Origin: an uncultured Alphaproteobacteria bacterium | GTDB lineage: Bacteria > Pseudomonadota > Alphaproteobacteria > MPNO01 > UBA830 | NCBI GenBank assembly: GCA_913046035.1 | Contig: CAJWSW010000002.1 | Location: 4,046 to 68,045, forward strand | DNA: 64,000 nucleotides | Direction of reading: 5' to 3' | Shown here: in pieces, positions 29,951 through 38,885 of the stretch | Numbering within the stretch: position 1 is the stretch's first letter | Layout: the number at the start of each line of letters is the position of its first letter | Translations under genes and position numbers: made by a program | Notes under the pieces: model-generated | What the model saw: only the letters and a program-made list of their open reading frames with translations | Database searches by the model: none | What the model was told of the DNA's origin: nothing

Positions 29951-31216
29951 ATGACTGAGGTGCAAACACCCCACCTCTGGCTGCCCTACACGCAGATGCA
30001 AACAACCGCTGCGCCGCTGCGAGCCGCCCGAACGGCAGGCACGCGGATCATCCTGGATGACGGACGTGAATTGATTGACGCAGTGTCTTCTTGGTGGACA
30101 GCATGCCACGGTTACAATCACCCCCACATCATTATGGCAATGGAAAAGCAATTGCAGGACATGCCGCATGTCATGTTCGGGGGTCTAGTGCATGAGCCAG
30201 CAGAACGCCTGGCAAGTCGCCTATCAGCGATGCTGCCGGGGCAACTTAACAGAGTTTTTTTTGCTGACTCTGGCTCCGTCGCAGTCGAGGTTGCGATGAA
30301 GATGGCGGTCCAATACTGGATAAACCATGGAAATGTAGGCAGAACACGTTTTCTTAGCTTCCGCGACGGATATCATGGAGACACACTGGCGGCAATGTCA
30401 GTCACGGATCCAGACGAAGGGATGCACGCATTATTCAAAGGTTACTTACCAGAGCAGATCATCGCGCCAATCCCGCGGGACGAAAGCTCCAAGGCCGAAT
30501 TGCATCGCCTGTTAAGTAACCACGGCCACGAAATTGCCGGTATTATCGTTGAACCTCTAGTACAATGCGCGGGGGGCATGAAAATGTATGCCCCGGAGGT
30601 TCTGAAATTTATTGCTGACGCCGCTACCGAGGCTGACGTCCTATTAATTTGCGATGAAGTTGCCGTGAATTTTGGACGTACTGGCACGCTGTTCGCGCAT
30701 TCCCAATCACCCATCATACCGGATATTATTTGCCTAGGTAAAGCTTTGACCGGTGGCGCTATTAATCTGGCCGCCACAGTCGCAAAGACAGACGTGTTCA
30801 ATGCATTTCTGTCTGAAAAAATCGACAATGCACTAATGCACGGTCCAACCTACATGGGCAATCCTCTTGCTTGCGCAGCAGCGAATGCCTCGCTGGACCT
30901 TTTTGAGACAGAACCGCGCTTACGACAGGTGGCGGCAATAGAGGCGCAGCTTAAGCGCGAGCTGAAACCGGTTGAAGGCCTGCCGGGCGTCGTGGATGTG
31001 CGTGTTAAAGGCGCTATTGGGGCAGTCGAAGTGGAAGAACTTCACAACCTCGAATGGCTAAAATTTCAATTCGTTGAAGCAGGCATTTGGCTTCGCCCGT
31101 TTGGTAATGTGATTTATACAATGCCGCCGTTTACCGTGACCTCTTCAGAGCTCTCCGAAGTAACTGCTGCTATAACGCAGATCTTACCGAGGTGGCATGA
31201 GAGAAATAATGAGTGA
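29951..31216 (+). CDS. bioA: Adenosylmethionine-8-amino-7-oxononanoate aminotransferase
   Basis: Class III aminotransferase, 421 aa, follows bioB. Confidence 0.9.
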   Translation: MTEVQTPHLWLPYTQMQTTAAPLRAARTAGTRIILDDGRELIDAVSSWWTACHGYNHPHIIMAMEKQLQDMPHVMFGGLVHEPAERLASRLSAMLPGQLNRVFFADSGSVAVEVAMKMAVQYWINHGNVGRTRFLSFRDGYHGDTLAAMSVTDPDEGMHALFKGYLPEQIIAPIPRDESSKAELHRLLSNHGHEIAGIIVEPLVQCAGGMKMYAPEVLKFIADAATEADVLLICDEVAVNFGRTGTLFAHSQSPIIPDIICLGKALTGGAINLAATVAKTDVFNAFLSEKIDNALMHGPTYMGNPLACAAANASLDLFETEPRLRQVAAIEAQLKRELKPVEGLPGVVDVRVKGAIGAVEVEELHNLEWLKFQFVEAGIWLRPFGNVIYTMPPFTVTSSELSEVTAAITQILPRWHERNNE

Positions 31217-31462
31217 CGACGTCGATAGCTCCGCCTAAGTGAGCAATCCTACGGACAAATATGTAAAATTCGAATTGGACACATCCCAATTGAATTTAGC
31301 GCCAGGCTAAATTTAGCAGAATAGACTTGCACCAGAACTCTAAAAAAGCTCCAACAGTCAAAAAAATTAGGGTGCAAACTATAACTTCAACCATACACCG
31401 CCTGGGTATCAGGCTAGAACTTCCTTAGTCGAATGAATACGGCGCGATGAAAGTGAAATACT

Positions 31463-32194
31463 TTGAACAAAAAAAGAAAATCTCCAGGAGCCATGACGAG
31501 CGACCGCATTGAACTTTCCGCGACCGACGACAGCGGAAAATTTTGCGCCTACCTTACCGCGTTGCCAGAGACGCCAGGGCCTGGTGTCGTGATGCTACAT
31601 GAAATTCTTGGCATCACGCCCTGGATACACGAAATCGCAAATCAATTTTCGGTACGAGGTTATTGCGTAACCTTTCCGGATATATTCTGGCGACTTCAGC
31701 CTAATTTTGTTGCCGATTACCGCATTCCCCTGCAGCGCGAGAGAGGACTGCAGCTTCGCAGCGAAATCAATCACGAGAAAGCTATCGATGATATCGCGAC
31801 AGTGATCGAACACCTCAAGGCGCTGCCTGAATGCAACGGCAAAATCGCAGTAGTCGGCTTCTGCATGGGGGGTACACTTGCTTATTTATCAGCGGCGCGG
31901 CTGAAGCCTGATGCTGCTATCGTCTATTACGGGACCGAAGTGCATAGGTTCCTAGATGAGGGCTTAAATATAAATTGCCCCACGATATTTCATGCTGGGG
32001 TTCGCGATCAACATGTACCGCTCGATCTTCTGAACACTATCAGGGGGGCTCTTGAAGGCTTACCGAGTGTGGCGTTCCACTTGTATGACGCGGATCATGC
32101 TTTCGCCAACACGCATCGACCGGAATTATTTCAAGCCGCACCCACAGAACGTGCCCACAAATTAAGTTTCAAATTGCTCGATACATTGTTTTAG
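31463..32194 (+). CDS. Dienelactone hydrolase family protein
   Basis: GVVMLHEILG...VVGFCMGG nucleophile elbow. Confidence 0.75.
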   Translation: MNKKRKSPGAMTSDRIELSATDDSGKFCAYLTALPETPGPGVVMLHEILGITPWIHEIANQFSVRGYCVTFPDIFWRLQPNFVADYRIPLQRERGLQLRSEINHEKAIDDIATVIEHLKALPECNGKIAVVGFCMGGTLAYLSAARLKPDAAIVYYGTEVHRFLDEGLNINCPTIFHAGVRDQHVPLDLLNTIRGALEGLPSVAFHLYDADHAFANTHRPELFQAAPTERAHKLSFKLLDTLF

Positions 32195-32319
32195 CCTTAA
32201 ACCCCATGCCAAAATCAAACCGAAATAAAACGCGAAAGCCGGACCAGTCGTATTGGGTTTCTTATCCTTTGTTTGGCTACAAGCCTTTTTAGACATTGAA
32301 GAGGTGTACGCTCTATTCG

Positions 32320-32937
32320 TCAAAACTGACCCGTAAAAACCCTAGCTCCATAAGTCTTCTCGATATACCGACCAAAACGGAATTTGATTTCAGGGCCATC
32401 CATCGGAGGCTCTTCTATCTCATGATCATCCGAGGTGAACGGGTCGACCTCTAAGACCACAAATCGGTGCCCGTCAGCGTTGCCACGAAACGCCTCATCA
32501 AAACCATTTTCAAGTTCATTCATCGTCTCAAAGGACCAAATACGCGTGAGGCCCATGGATTTCGCCATTGCGACATAATCGTTTGCGGACTTATTCGGTA
32601 AATCCAGGTCGGATGTTCCGCCATAGACACGGTTGGAAACAAGTACATGGGTTAGGTTCGGCAGGTCTAAGTCACGCTCGACCATCAGCATCCCCGGGTT
32701 CATGGCAAAAGCGCCGTCACCCATGAATGCCCAGACTTTAGCTTCGGGAATACCATATGCGATCCCAGATCCCAGCAATGTAGAAAGGCTCATCGAGGCG
32801 TCTAGATAAAAAACCCGGTCGGCATCATGGGTCACCTCCCACCACATCTGTGATGAATTACCTGCCGATGTCACGACCAGTTCGTTTGACCATCGACTTG
32901 CCAAAAATTGAAAGGCCGCTCGGTAGGGAATTGACAT
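32320..32937 (-). CDS. ThDP-dependent decarboxylase beta subunit (ComE/sulfopyruvate- or phosphonopyruvate-decarboxylase-like, PP-binding domain)
   Basis: GDGAFAMN...N TPP-binding motif. 205 aa. Confidence 0.7.
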   Translation of the reverse strand: MSIPYRAAFQFLASRWSNELVVTSAGNSSQMWWEVTHDADRVFYLDASMSLSTLLGSGIAYGIPEAKVWAFMGDGAFAMNPGMLMVERDLDLPNLTHVLVSNRVYGGTSDLDLPNKSANDYVAMAKSMGLTRIWSFETMNELENGFDEAFRGNADGHRFVVLEVDPFTSDDHEIEEPPMDGPEIKFRFGRYIEKTYGARVFTGQF

Positions 32938-32940
32938 CGT

Positions 32941-33453
32941 TTAAGCATCCCCCCGTAAGACATCGCGGGTAAAGATTGCCACAGTTGGCCTGCTTACCGT
33001 GCGGGAATGATCATAGATGCTTTTTATTTCTGGTATCTTCTCACTGCTATCAATGACCTTATAGGTCAAGCTAATAGCGTCTAGTGCAGGCAAGAAATAA
33101 AGCCCATTTGAGACATGAAACTTTGCCTTATCGCCAGGTGCCCCCCGAAGTGTAGCAAGGATCGTCAATGGAATTTCATAGGTATAGTTAATTTTAGTAA
33201 TGGCGTAGATCAGGGTCATTAAGCCAGACGCACCCATTACTGCTAGCGACCCTGTGCCGGATAAAAACGCGCCTGAACACAATCCGACAGCAGACTCTTC
33301 TCGGTTCACTGACAAATGCCGAAAGCGCTCATCAGCATCAAATTCTCGGATCACGGACGCCATCCAGTTGTCCGGCAGGCTCGCAACCAATTCAACACCG
33401 CAATCAACTGCTTGTTGCACAATAAGTTTTGCCACAGCCGCAGGATTGCTCAT
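32941..33453 (-). CDS. ThDP-dependent decarboxylase alpha subunit (ComD-like, PYR domain)
   Basis: 170 aa TPP_enzyme_N-like. 3-nt spacing to beta subunit. Confidence 0.7.
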   Translation of the reverse strand: MSNPAAVAKLIVQQAVDCGVELVASLPDNWMASVIREFDADERFRHLSVNREESAVGLCSGAFLSGTGSLAVMGASGLMTLIYAITKINYTYEIPLTILATLRGAPGDKAKFHVSNGLYFLPALDAISLTYKVIDSSEKIPEIKSIYDHSRTVSRPTVAIFTRDVLRGDA

Positions 33454-35081
33454 CCGAGGTCAAACCCCTCATATCCATTTTGAGCAATCGCCATGCATTT
33501 CGTAATATAGGGTGGCCAGCCACCAATGTACGGAGCGAAGACGCGAGCCTTACCCTCTACGTTTGATCCGACGTACCATGAGTCACATTTGACCCGCAGA
33601 GAGGCGTCAGCGGCCCTATTTACCTCTGCGTCCCAATCAGCCTCGGCCTGAGGCGTGGCATCAATACGCGTATAAGAGTTCGCGCGCATATACTCTAAAC
33701 AGTCTCCAATCCAGTCACCGTGTTGCTCGGCACAGGTAACCATTGTTGCCAACACCGACGGACTACCCGCACTGACCATGTTGAACATATTCGGAAAACC
33801 TGCAATAGACAGGCCCATATAAGTATGAGGTCCATCAGCCCACTTCTCCTGAATTGTTTGCCCGTTCGCACCCGTAATCTCAATCCGCGTTACACTACCG
33901 GTCATCGCATCGAACCCGGTAGCATAGATAATCATATCTAAATTGTAGTCCTTACCTTCAGCACGCAGCCCGGACTCCGTTAACATCTCAATGCCTTTAT
34001 TACTAATATCAACGAGAGTAACGTTGTCACGGTTAAACATTTCGTAATAATTTGTTCCGGCGCAAAGTCGCTTGCAGCCGAATATCTCGTCGGGCGTCAG
34101 TCGGTCGAGCACCTCGTCATCCTTCACGATTTCGCTTACGCGATCACGCCAATAGCCCGCGACCTCTTTATTAGCATCCTCGTTAGTAAGAATATCATTA
34201 AATCCGCCGAGAAAGGGTAAACCGCCTATTTCCCATTGTTGATCTAGTCGTTCGCGGCGTTCCTCAGGCGGAAGATCGAAGACAGACTGATCATAACGTA
34301 GAAAATTGAAAGCAGAATTCTCTGCGTAGGCCTGTCTTCGAAAGCCTTTGTAATCAGACTTGATCAAGTCGACGTCTTCATCACTTAGCGGTCGGTTTTG
34401 AGAAGGGACGACAAAATTAGGGGTCCGTTGGTACAGATAAACGTGGGCGGCTTCTTGCGAAATCAAAGGTGCGGATTGTATCGCCGATGAGCCCGAGCCT
34501 ATAATGCCGACGCGCTTACCGGTAAAGTCAACTGGCTCTTTGGGCCACAGACTGGTCTGGTAAATTTCACCGCGAAAATCGTTTTCTCCATCAAATTTTG
34601 GCCGTATGGGCGCGGAAAGGCAGCCAACACTCATAATAAAATAACGTGCGCGGATCACCTCACTTTCGTCGGTCTCTATAACCCAAAGATCATTATCTTC
34701 GTCGAAGGTTGCCTTTCCCACGCGGGTATTAAATGTGATATCGCGGTTCAAATCGTAACGTTCAGCCACGTGCTCGATATAAGCGAGAATCTCTGGTTGC
34801 GAAGCGTAGCGTTCTTTCCAGCGCCACTCTTGCTGTAACTCCTCGGAAAACTGATAGGAGTACTGCATGCTTTCAATATCGCAGCGAGCACCCGGATATC
34901 GATTCCAATACCAAGTTCCGCCGACGCCACTAGCTGAATCAAAGCACCGGGCAGTGAAACCACCCTGACGCAAACGATAAAGCATGTAGATCCCGGTAAA
35001 ACCTGCACCCACTACAACAGCGTCTACATCAATCGCGGTTTTCGTTAGCGGGGTGTACCTGTCTGCCGCCGTACTATTCAT
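33450..35081 (-). CDS. Type I Baeyer-Villiger (flavin-containing) monooxygenase
   Basis: GAGFTG FAD motif. Fingerprint FRGEIYQTSLWP. Second GSGSSA NADP motif. 543 aa. Confidence 0.8.
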   Translation of the reverse strand: MNSTAADRYTPLTKTAIDVDAVVVGAGFTGIYMLYRLRQGGFTARCFDSASGVGGTWYWNRYPGARCDIESMQYSYQFSEELQQEWRWKERYASQPEILAYIEHVAERYDLNRDITFNTRVGKATFDEDNDLWVIETDESEVIRARYFIMSVGCLSAPIRPKFDGENDFRGEIYQTSLWPKEPVDFTGKRVGIIGSGSSAIQSAPLISQEAAHVYLYQRTPNFVVPSQNRPLSDEDVDLIKSDYKGFRRQAYAENSAFNFLRYDQSVFDLPPEERRERLDQQWEIGGLPFLGGFNDILTNEDANKEVAGYWRDRVSEIVKDDEVLDRLTPDEIFGCKRLCAGTNYYEMFNRDNVTLVDISNKGIEMLTESGLRAEGKDYNLDMIIYATGFDAMTGSVTRIEITGANGQTIQEKWADGPHTYMGLSIAGFPNMFNMVSAGSPSVLATMVTCAEQHGDWIGDCLEYMRANSYTRIDATPQAEADWDAEVNRAADASLRVKCDSWYVGSNVEGKARVFAPYIGGWPPYITKCMAIAQNGYEGFDLG

Positions 35082-35147
35082 GGGTAAAATTTCTCCAAAC
35101 TGTATAACAATACGTCACGTTTCTTTATTTAGCGAAACAAACACAAT

Positions 35148-35606
35148 CTATCCAGAAACCGCTCGATCTGTCCCTTGCGCATCAATCAGGATCGCAGCAA
35201 ACCGACATGGGTCAGGCCCATTGTTGACCCAGTTATGACTGGTGCCACGCTGGACTAGCACATCACCTGCTTTTAGATGGACCGTCTCTTCATCTAATAC
35301 CATTTCCATTTCCCCGGACATAACGATCACGTAATCAACAGTCTCGGTAAAATGTGGTTCTGCAGTAACCCCGGGTTGAATTTCGATAACGCGCATTAAC
35401 GTGCCATTTTTAGGTGGTGGGCGACCAATTTTACGAGCCCCGGCATCTTCACCGCCGTCGTAGGAGGCGGGCGCCTCATCTGAGACCCAAATAAGGCGGG
35501 AATCGTGACCTGGACGCCGAGACGTTATGTTTGAGGCAATATCGTCGATAAGAACGCAGGATCTGCCCTGAGGGTTATGTCCTGTTACTACCCTTCTGAT
35601 TTCCAT
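35148..35606 (-). CDS. Cupin domain protein
   Basis: 152 aa. Cupin_2-like beta-barrel motifs. Confidence 0.55.
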   Translation of the reverse strand: MEIRRVVTGHNPQGRSCVLIDDIASNITSRRPGHDSRLIWVSDEAPASYDGGEDAGARKIGRPPPKNGTLMRVIEIQPGVTAEPHFTETVDYVIVMSGEMEMVLDEETVHLKAGDVLVQRGTSHNWVNNGPDPCRFAAILIDAQGTDRAVSG

Positions 35607-35669
35607 TTACCTGTCCTCTTGCCTTAGCATAATGCGTTGAAGCAGTCTTCTTGACACAAATGGTAGCGC

Positions 35670-37025
35670 TTAGTGTCGGTCTTTTGCCGAAATCCCGACC
35701 TTCTCGAGCGCAGACACTTGCCTCTTCGCTAAAGACTTAACGTCGAAATCACCAATTAAATCGTGGAACATTCGGTGCCAATTAATTTCAGCTTTTAGGT
35801 GCAAGAACACAGATCCCAGTCCGATTGCCGCCCGATCCATAAGGACGAATTCGCGGGGCGGCGTTACACCGCCGAGCCGACGCAATTCAGCGTGCACCTT
35901 GCCAGCCACCTGGGCGCCATACATTGTCCCATCAGTCTCTTGAATCTTTCGCGGTCGGTCCTCAAGCAGGGGGCCATATACAAATTCCGCCCAAATATTA
36001 AGAGTATCTAGCAACTCATTTGAAAGGTCAGAGAAACCCCAAGTCTCATATGCGTGAACGGCCAAATCCCGGTTTCCTGTTTCGATCGCGCGATAAAGGT
36101 CTATTACCCCTCCAACGAAAAGAGGATTGAAGATCCTAATACAGCCGAAATCCATCAGGTTAACTGAACCGTCCTCGCACACCGAATAATTTCCCAGATG
36201 CGGATCACCGTGAATAGTGCCGTAATAGTAAAATGGCACATACCATGCTCGGAACATATTTTCAGCCACGCGATTTCGCATTTCTAGCTCTGCATCAACC
36301 AATTCGAGCAACGGGACGCCGTCGAGCCATGTCATAGTTAGCAAGCGGTCAGAAGAAAGCTGCGGCAGCGGCAGCGGAACGTGCACGCCTGGCTCATTAC
36401 TCAGCATCGCCCGATATAAATCCATGTGCTTCCGTTCTAGCTCGTAATTAAGCTCCTCGCGTAAACGGTCTGAGACTTCTTGATGGATCTGGCTAAAATC
36501 TACCGCTTTATCATATCGGCCATAAATAGAGAAAACGATACGCAGCTGCTTTAGGTCGGCCTCAACCGCTGATTTCATATCAGGATACTGTAATTTACAC
36601 GCAAGATTTTTACCGTCTGGATGGACTGCGCGATGGACCTGTCCAAGGGAAGCTGCAGCAGACGCTTCCTTGTTAAATTCTTCGAATTTCTCTTGCCAGC
36701 CCGCGCCGAGCTCAGCCGCCATGCGTCTGCGGACGAAAAGCCAACCCATTGCCGGTGCATTTGACTGAAGTTCAGCCAACTCCGCCACATATTCCTCTGG
36801 TAATAAGTCCGGCACAGTAGACATGATTTGTGCGACCTTCATGAGTGGCCCTTTGAGCCCACCCAGCGCCTGTTTTAGATCCTCGGCATGCTTGCCCTTA
36901 TCCAAGCTGAGGCCAAGGTAACGCTCGCCGGCAACCCGTACGGCCAGTCCACCGACCGCACGTCCGACCTTCGCATACCGTTTTGCTCGGCCACCAAAAG
37001 AATCATTTTCCGAGGCATCTGTCAC
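35670..37025 (-). CDS. ABC1/UbiB/ADCK-family atypical kinase
   Basis: AAASLGQVHRAVHPDGKNLACKLQYP and HGDPHLGN motifs. 451 aa. Confidence 0.8.
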   Translation of the reverse strand: MTDASENDSFGGRAKRYAKVGRAVGGLAVRVAGERYLGLSLDKGKHAEDLKQALGGLKGPLMKVAQIMSTVPDLLPEEYVAELAELQSNAPAMGWLFVRRRMAAELGAGWQEKFEEFNKEASAAASLGQVHRAVHPDGKNLACKLQYPDMKSAVEADLKQLRIVFSIYGRYDKAVDFSQIHQEVSDRLREELNYELERKHMDLYRAMLSNEPGVHVPLPLPQLSSDRLLTMTWLDGVPLLELVDAELEMRNRVAENMFRAWYVPFYYYGTIHGDPHLGNYSVCEDGSVNLMDFGCIRIFNPLFVGGVIDLYRAIETGNRDLAVHAYETWGFSDLSNELLDTLNIWAEFVYGPLLEDRPRKIQETDGTMYGAQVAGKVHAELRRLGGVTPPREFVLMDRAAIGLGSVFLHLKAEINWHRMFHDLIGDFDVKSLAKRQVSALEKVGISAKDRH

Positions 37026-38866
37026 GGCATAGCTTCCAGTTCGTCAATCATCCCACGCACCACGTCGAGACCTCTTTGCCAAAAGTCCGGGTTGGATGCG
37101 TCAAGGCCAAAAGGTCTCAACAACTCCCTGTGACGCAAAGACCCGCCGGCCCGCAACATATCGAGGTATTTATCGGCAAATCCCTCGACAGATTCCCTAT
37201 ATATTCCATACAGAGAATTCACTAAACAATCGCCGAACGCGTACGCGTAAACGTAAAATGGCGAATGGATAAAGTGAGGAATGTAAGCCCAGTACCAGCG
37301 ATAGTGATCGTCAAATCGAATTGCAGGCCCAAGACTTTCTGTTTGGATTTCGATCCAAATATCGCAAATATCCTCGGCAGTTAGCTCACCCTCGCGCCGC
37401 GCAGCATGCACGCGGAGTTCGAAGTTAAAGAATGCGATTTGCCGAACGACCGTATTCAGCATGTCTTCAACTTTTCCTGCCAACATGACCTTTCGTATTG
37501 CTATATCTTCCTGTGTGCGGATCATTTCGCGGAATGTCAGCATCTCGCCGAATACCGAAGCCGTTTCAGCCAACGTCAGTGGCGTATCAGCCATCAGATT
37601 ACCCTGAGCTGCGGCAAGCACCTGATGGCAGCCGTGTCCCAATTCATGCGCCAGCGTCATCACATCGCGCGTCTTACCCTGATAGTTTAATAACAGATAT
37701 GGATGTGCTGACGGCACTGTAGGATGGGCGAATGCCCCCGACGACTTTCCATCACGGACCGGGGCGTCTATCCATTTATTTTCAAAAAACCGTTTACCGA
37801 TATTAGCAAGGTCGGGGGAAAACTCGCGGTAGGCTGCTAGCACGGTTTCCGTTGCTTGCTCCCAGGGTATTATTCGATTGTCAGCCTCTGGCAGCGGCGC
37901 ATTTCTATCCCAATGGTCAAGCTGATCTTTGTCAAACCACTTTGCCTTCATCGCATAGTAACGATGAGATAGATCAGGGTAAGCTGCAGTTACTGCGACG
38001 TTCAACGCGTCAACGACCTCATCTTCAACCTGATTTGAGAGGTTCCGTGATGACGCTGGATGGGCAAATTTCCGCCACCGGTCTTCAATCTCAGATTCCT
38101 TCGCAAGCGTGTTAGTGATCAGCGAAAATACTCTCGCATGTTTAGCAAGCTCGCTTCCTAATGTTGCCGCAGCCGATTTCCGGATGCCCTCATCAGGACT
38201 AGACATCATGTTCATGACCTCCTCCGAGGTCAACTCTGCTTCACCGTTCTTAAATCGCATGTCCGCCATTGTTTCATCGAACAAACGACTCCAAGCTGCC
38301 CTCCCCGCCACGCGCTTATCGTGCAGCAGGCGCTCAATTTCCTCGCTCAACTGATAGGGCCGGAAAGAACGAATACTGTCTAACCAAGGCTTGTATTTCG
38401 AAACAGTGGCCGCCTTCATCTGCTTTAGTAAGATGTGATCCTCTATCTCATTCAATTCCAACGAGAAGAAAAGCACGTCGGCAGAAATGTCGTTCACTCG
38501 TTCCTGCATAGACTGATAAAACCGACCAGCCTCGGGATCCGAGACATCTTCAGCGTAGACTAATTGAGCATAAGACATAATCCGGCCTATGATCTCGTCT
38601 ATAACTTCATACTCCGAAATGGCAGCACCCAAAGCGTCGCCTGACAAACTTGCTAGCTTGCCTTTGTAGCGATCCGAAAATATTCGTGATTCTCGCGCTG
38701 CCTCCTCCAAGTCTGCTTCTAGCTCAGCACTATCAGGGGCAGGATAGAGATCAGAAAGATCCCATACCGGCAGATTCCCGAGGGCCTTATCAGGCGTAGT
38801 GTTGGCGACGGCGGTAGTCATCTCTGGTTCCTTCAAGCTTAACACGATATAAGTTCCTAAAAGCAA
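37022..38866 (-). CDS. pepF: Oligoendopeptidase F family (M3B metallopeptidase)
   Basis: HELGHGCH zinc motif. 614 aa. Confidence 0.85.
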   Translation of the reverse strand: MLLGTYIVLSLKEPEMTTAVANTTPDKALGNLPVWDLSDLYPAPDSAELEADLEEAARESRIFSDRYKGKLASLSGDALGAAISEYEVIDEIIGRIMSYAQLVYAEDVSDPEAGRFYQSMQERVNDISADVLFFSLELNEIEDHILLKQMKAATVSKYKPWLDSIRSFRPYQLSEEIERLLHDKRVAGRAAWSRLFDETMADMRFKNGEAELTSEEVMNMMSSPDEGIRKSAAATLGSELAKHARVFSLITNTLAKESEIEDRWRKFAHPASSRNLSNQVEDEVVDALNVAVTAAYPDLSHRYYAMKAKWFDKDQLDHWDRNAPLPEADNRIIPWEQATETVLAAYREFSPDLANIGKRFFENKWIDAPVRDGKSSGAFAHPTVPSAHPYLLLNYQGKTRDVMTLAHELGHGCHQVLAAAQGNLMADTPLTLAETASVFGEMLTFREMIRTQEDIAIRKVMLAGKVEDMLNTVVRQIAFFNFELRVHAARREGELTAEDICDIWIEIQTESLGPAIRFDDHYRWYWAYIPHFIHSPFYVYAYAFGDCLVNSLYGIYRESVEGFADKYLDMLRAGGSLRHRELLRPFGLDASNPDFWQRGLDVVRGMIDELEAMP

Positions 38867-38885
38867 AACGCCAACAGGGCTTGCA

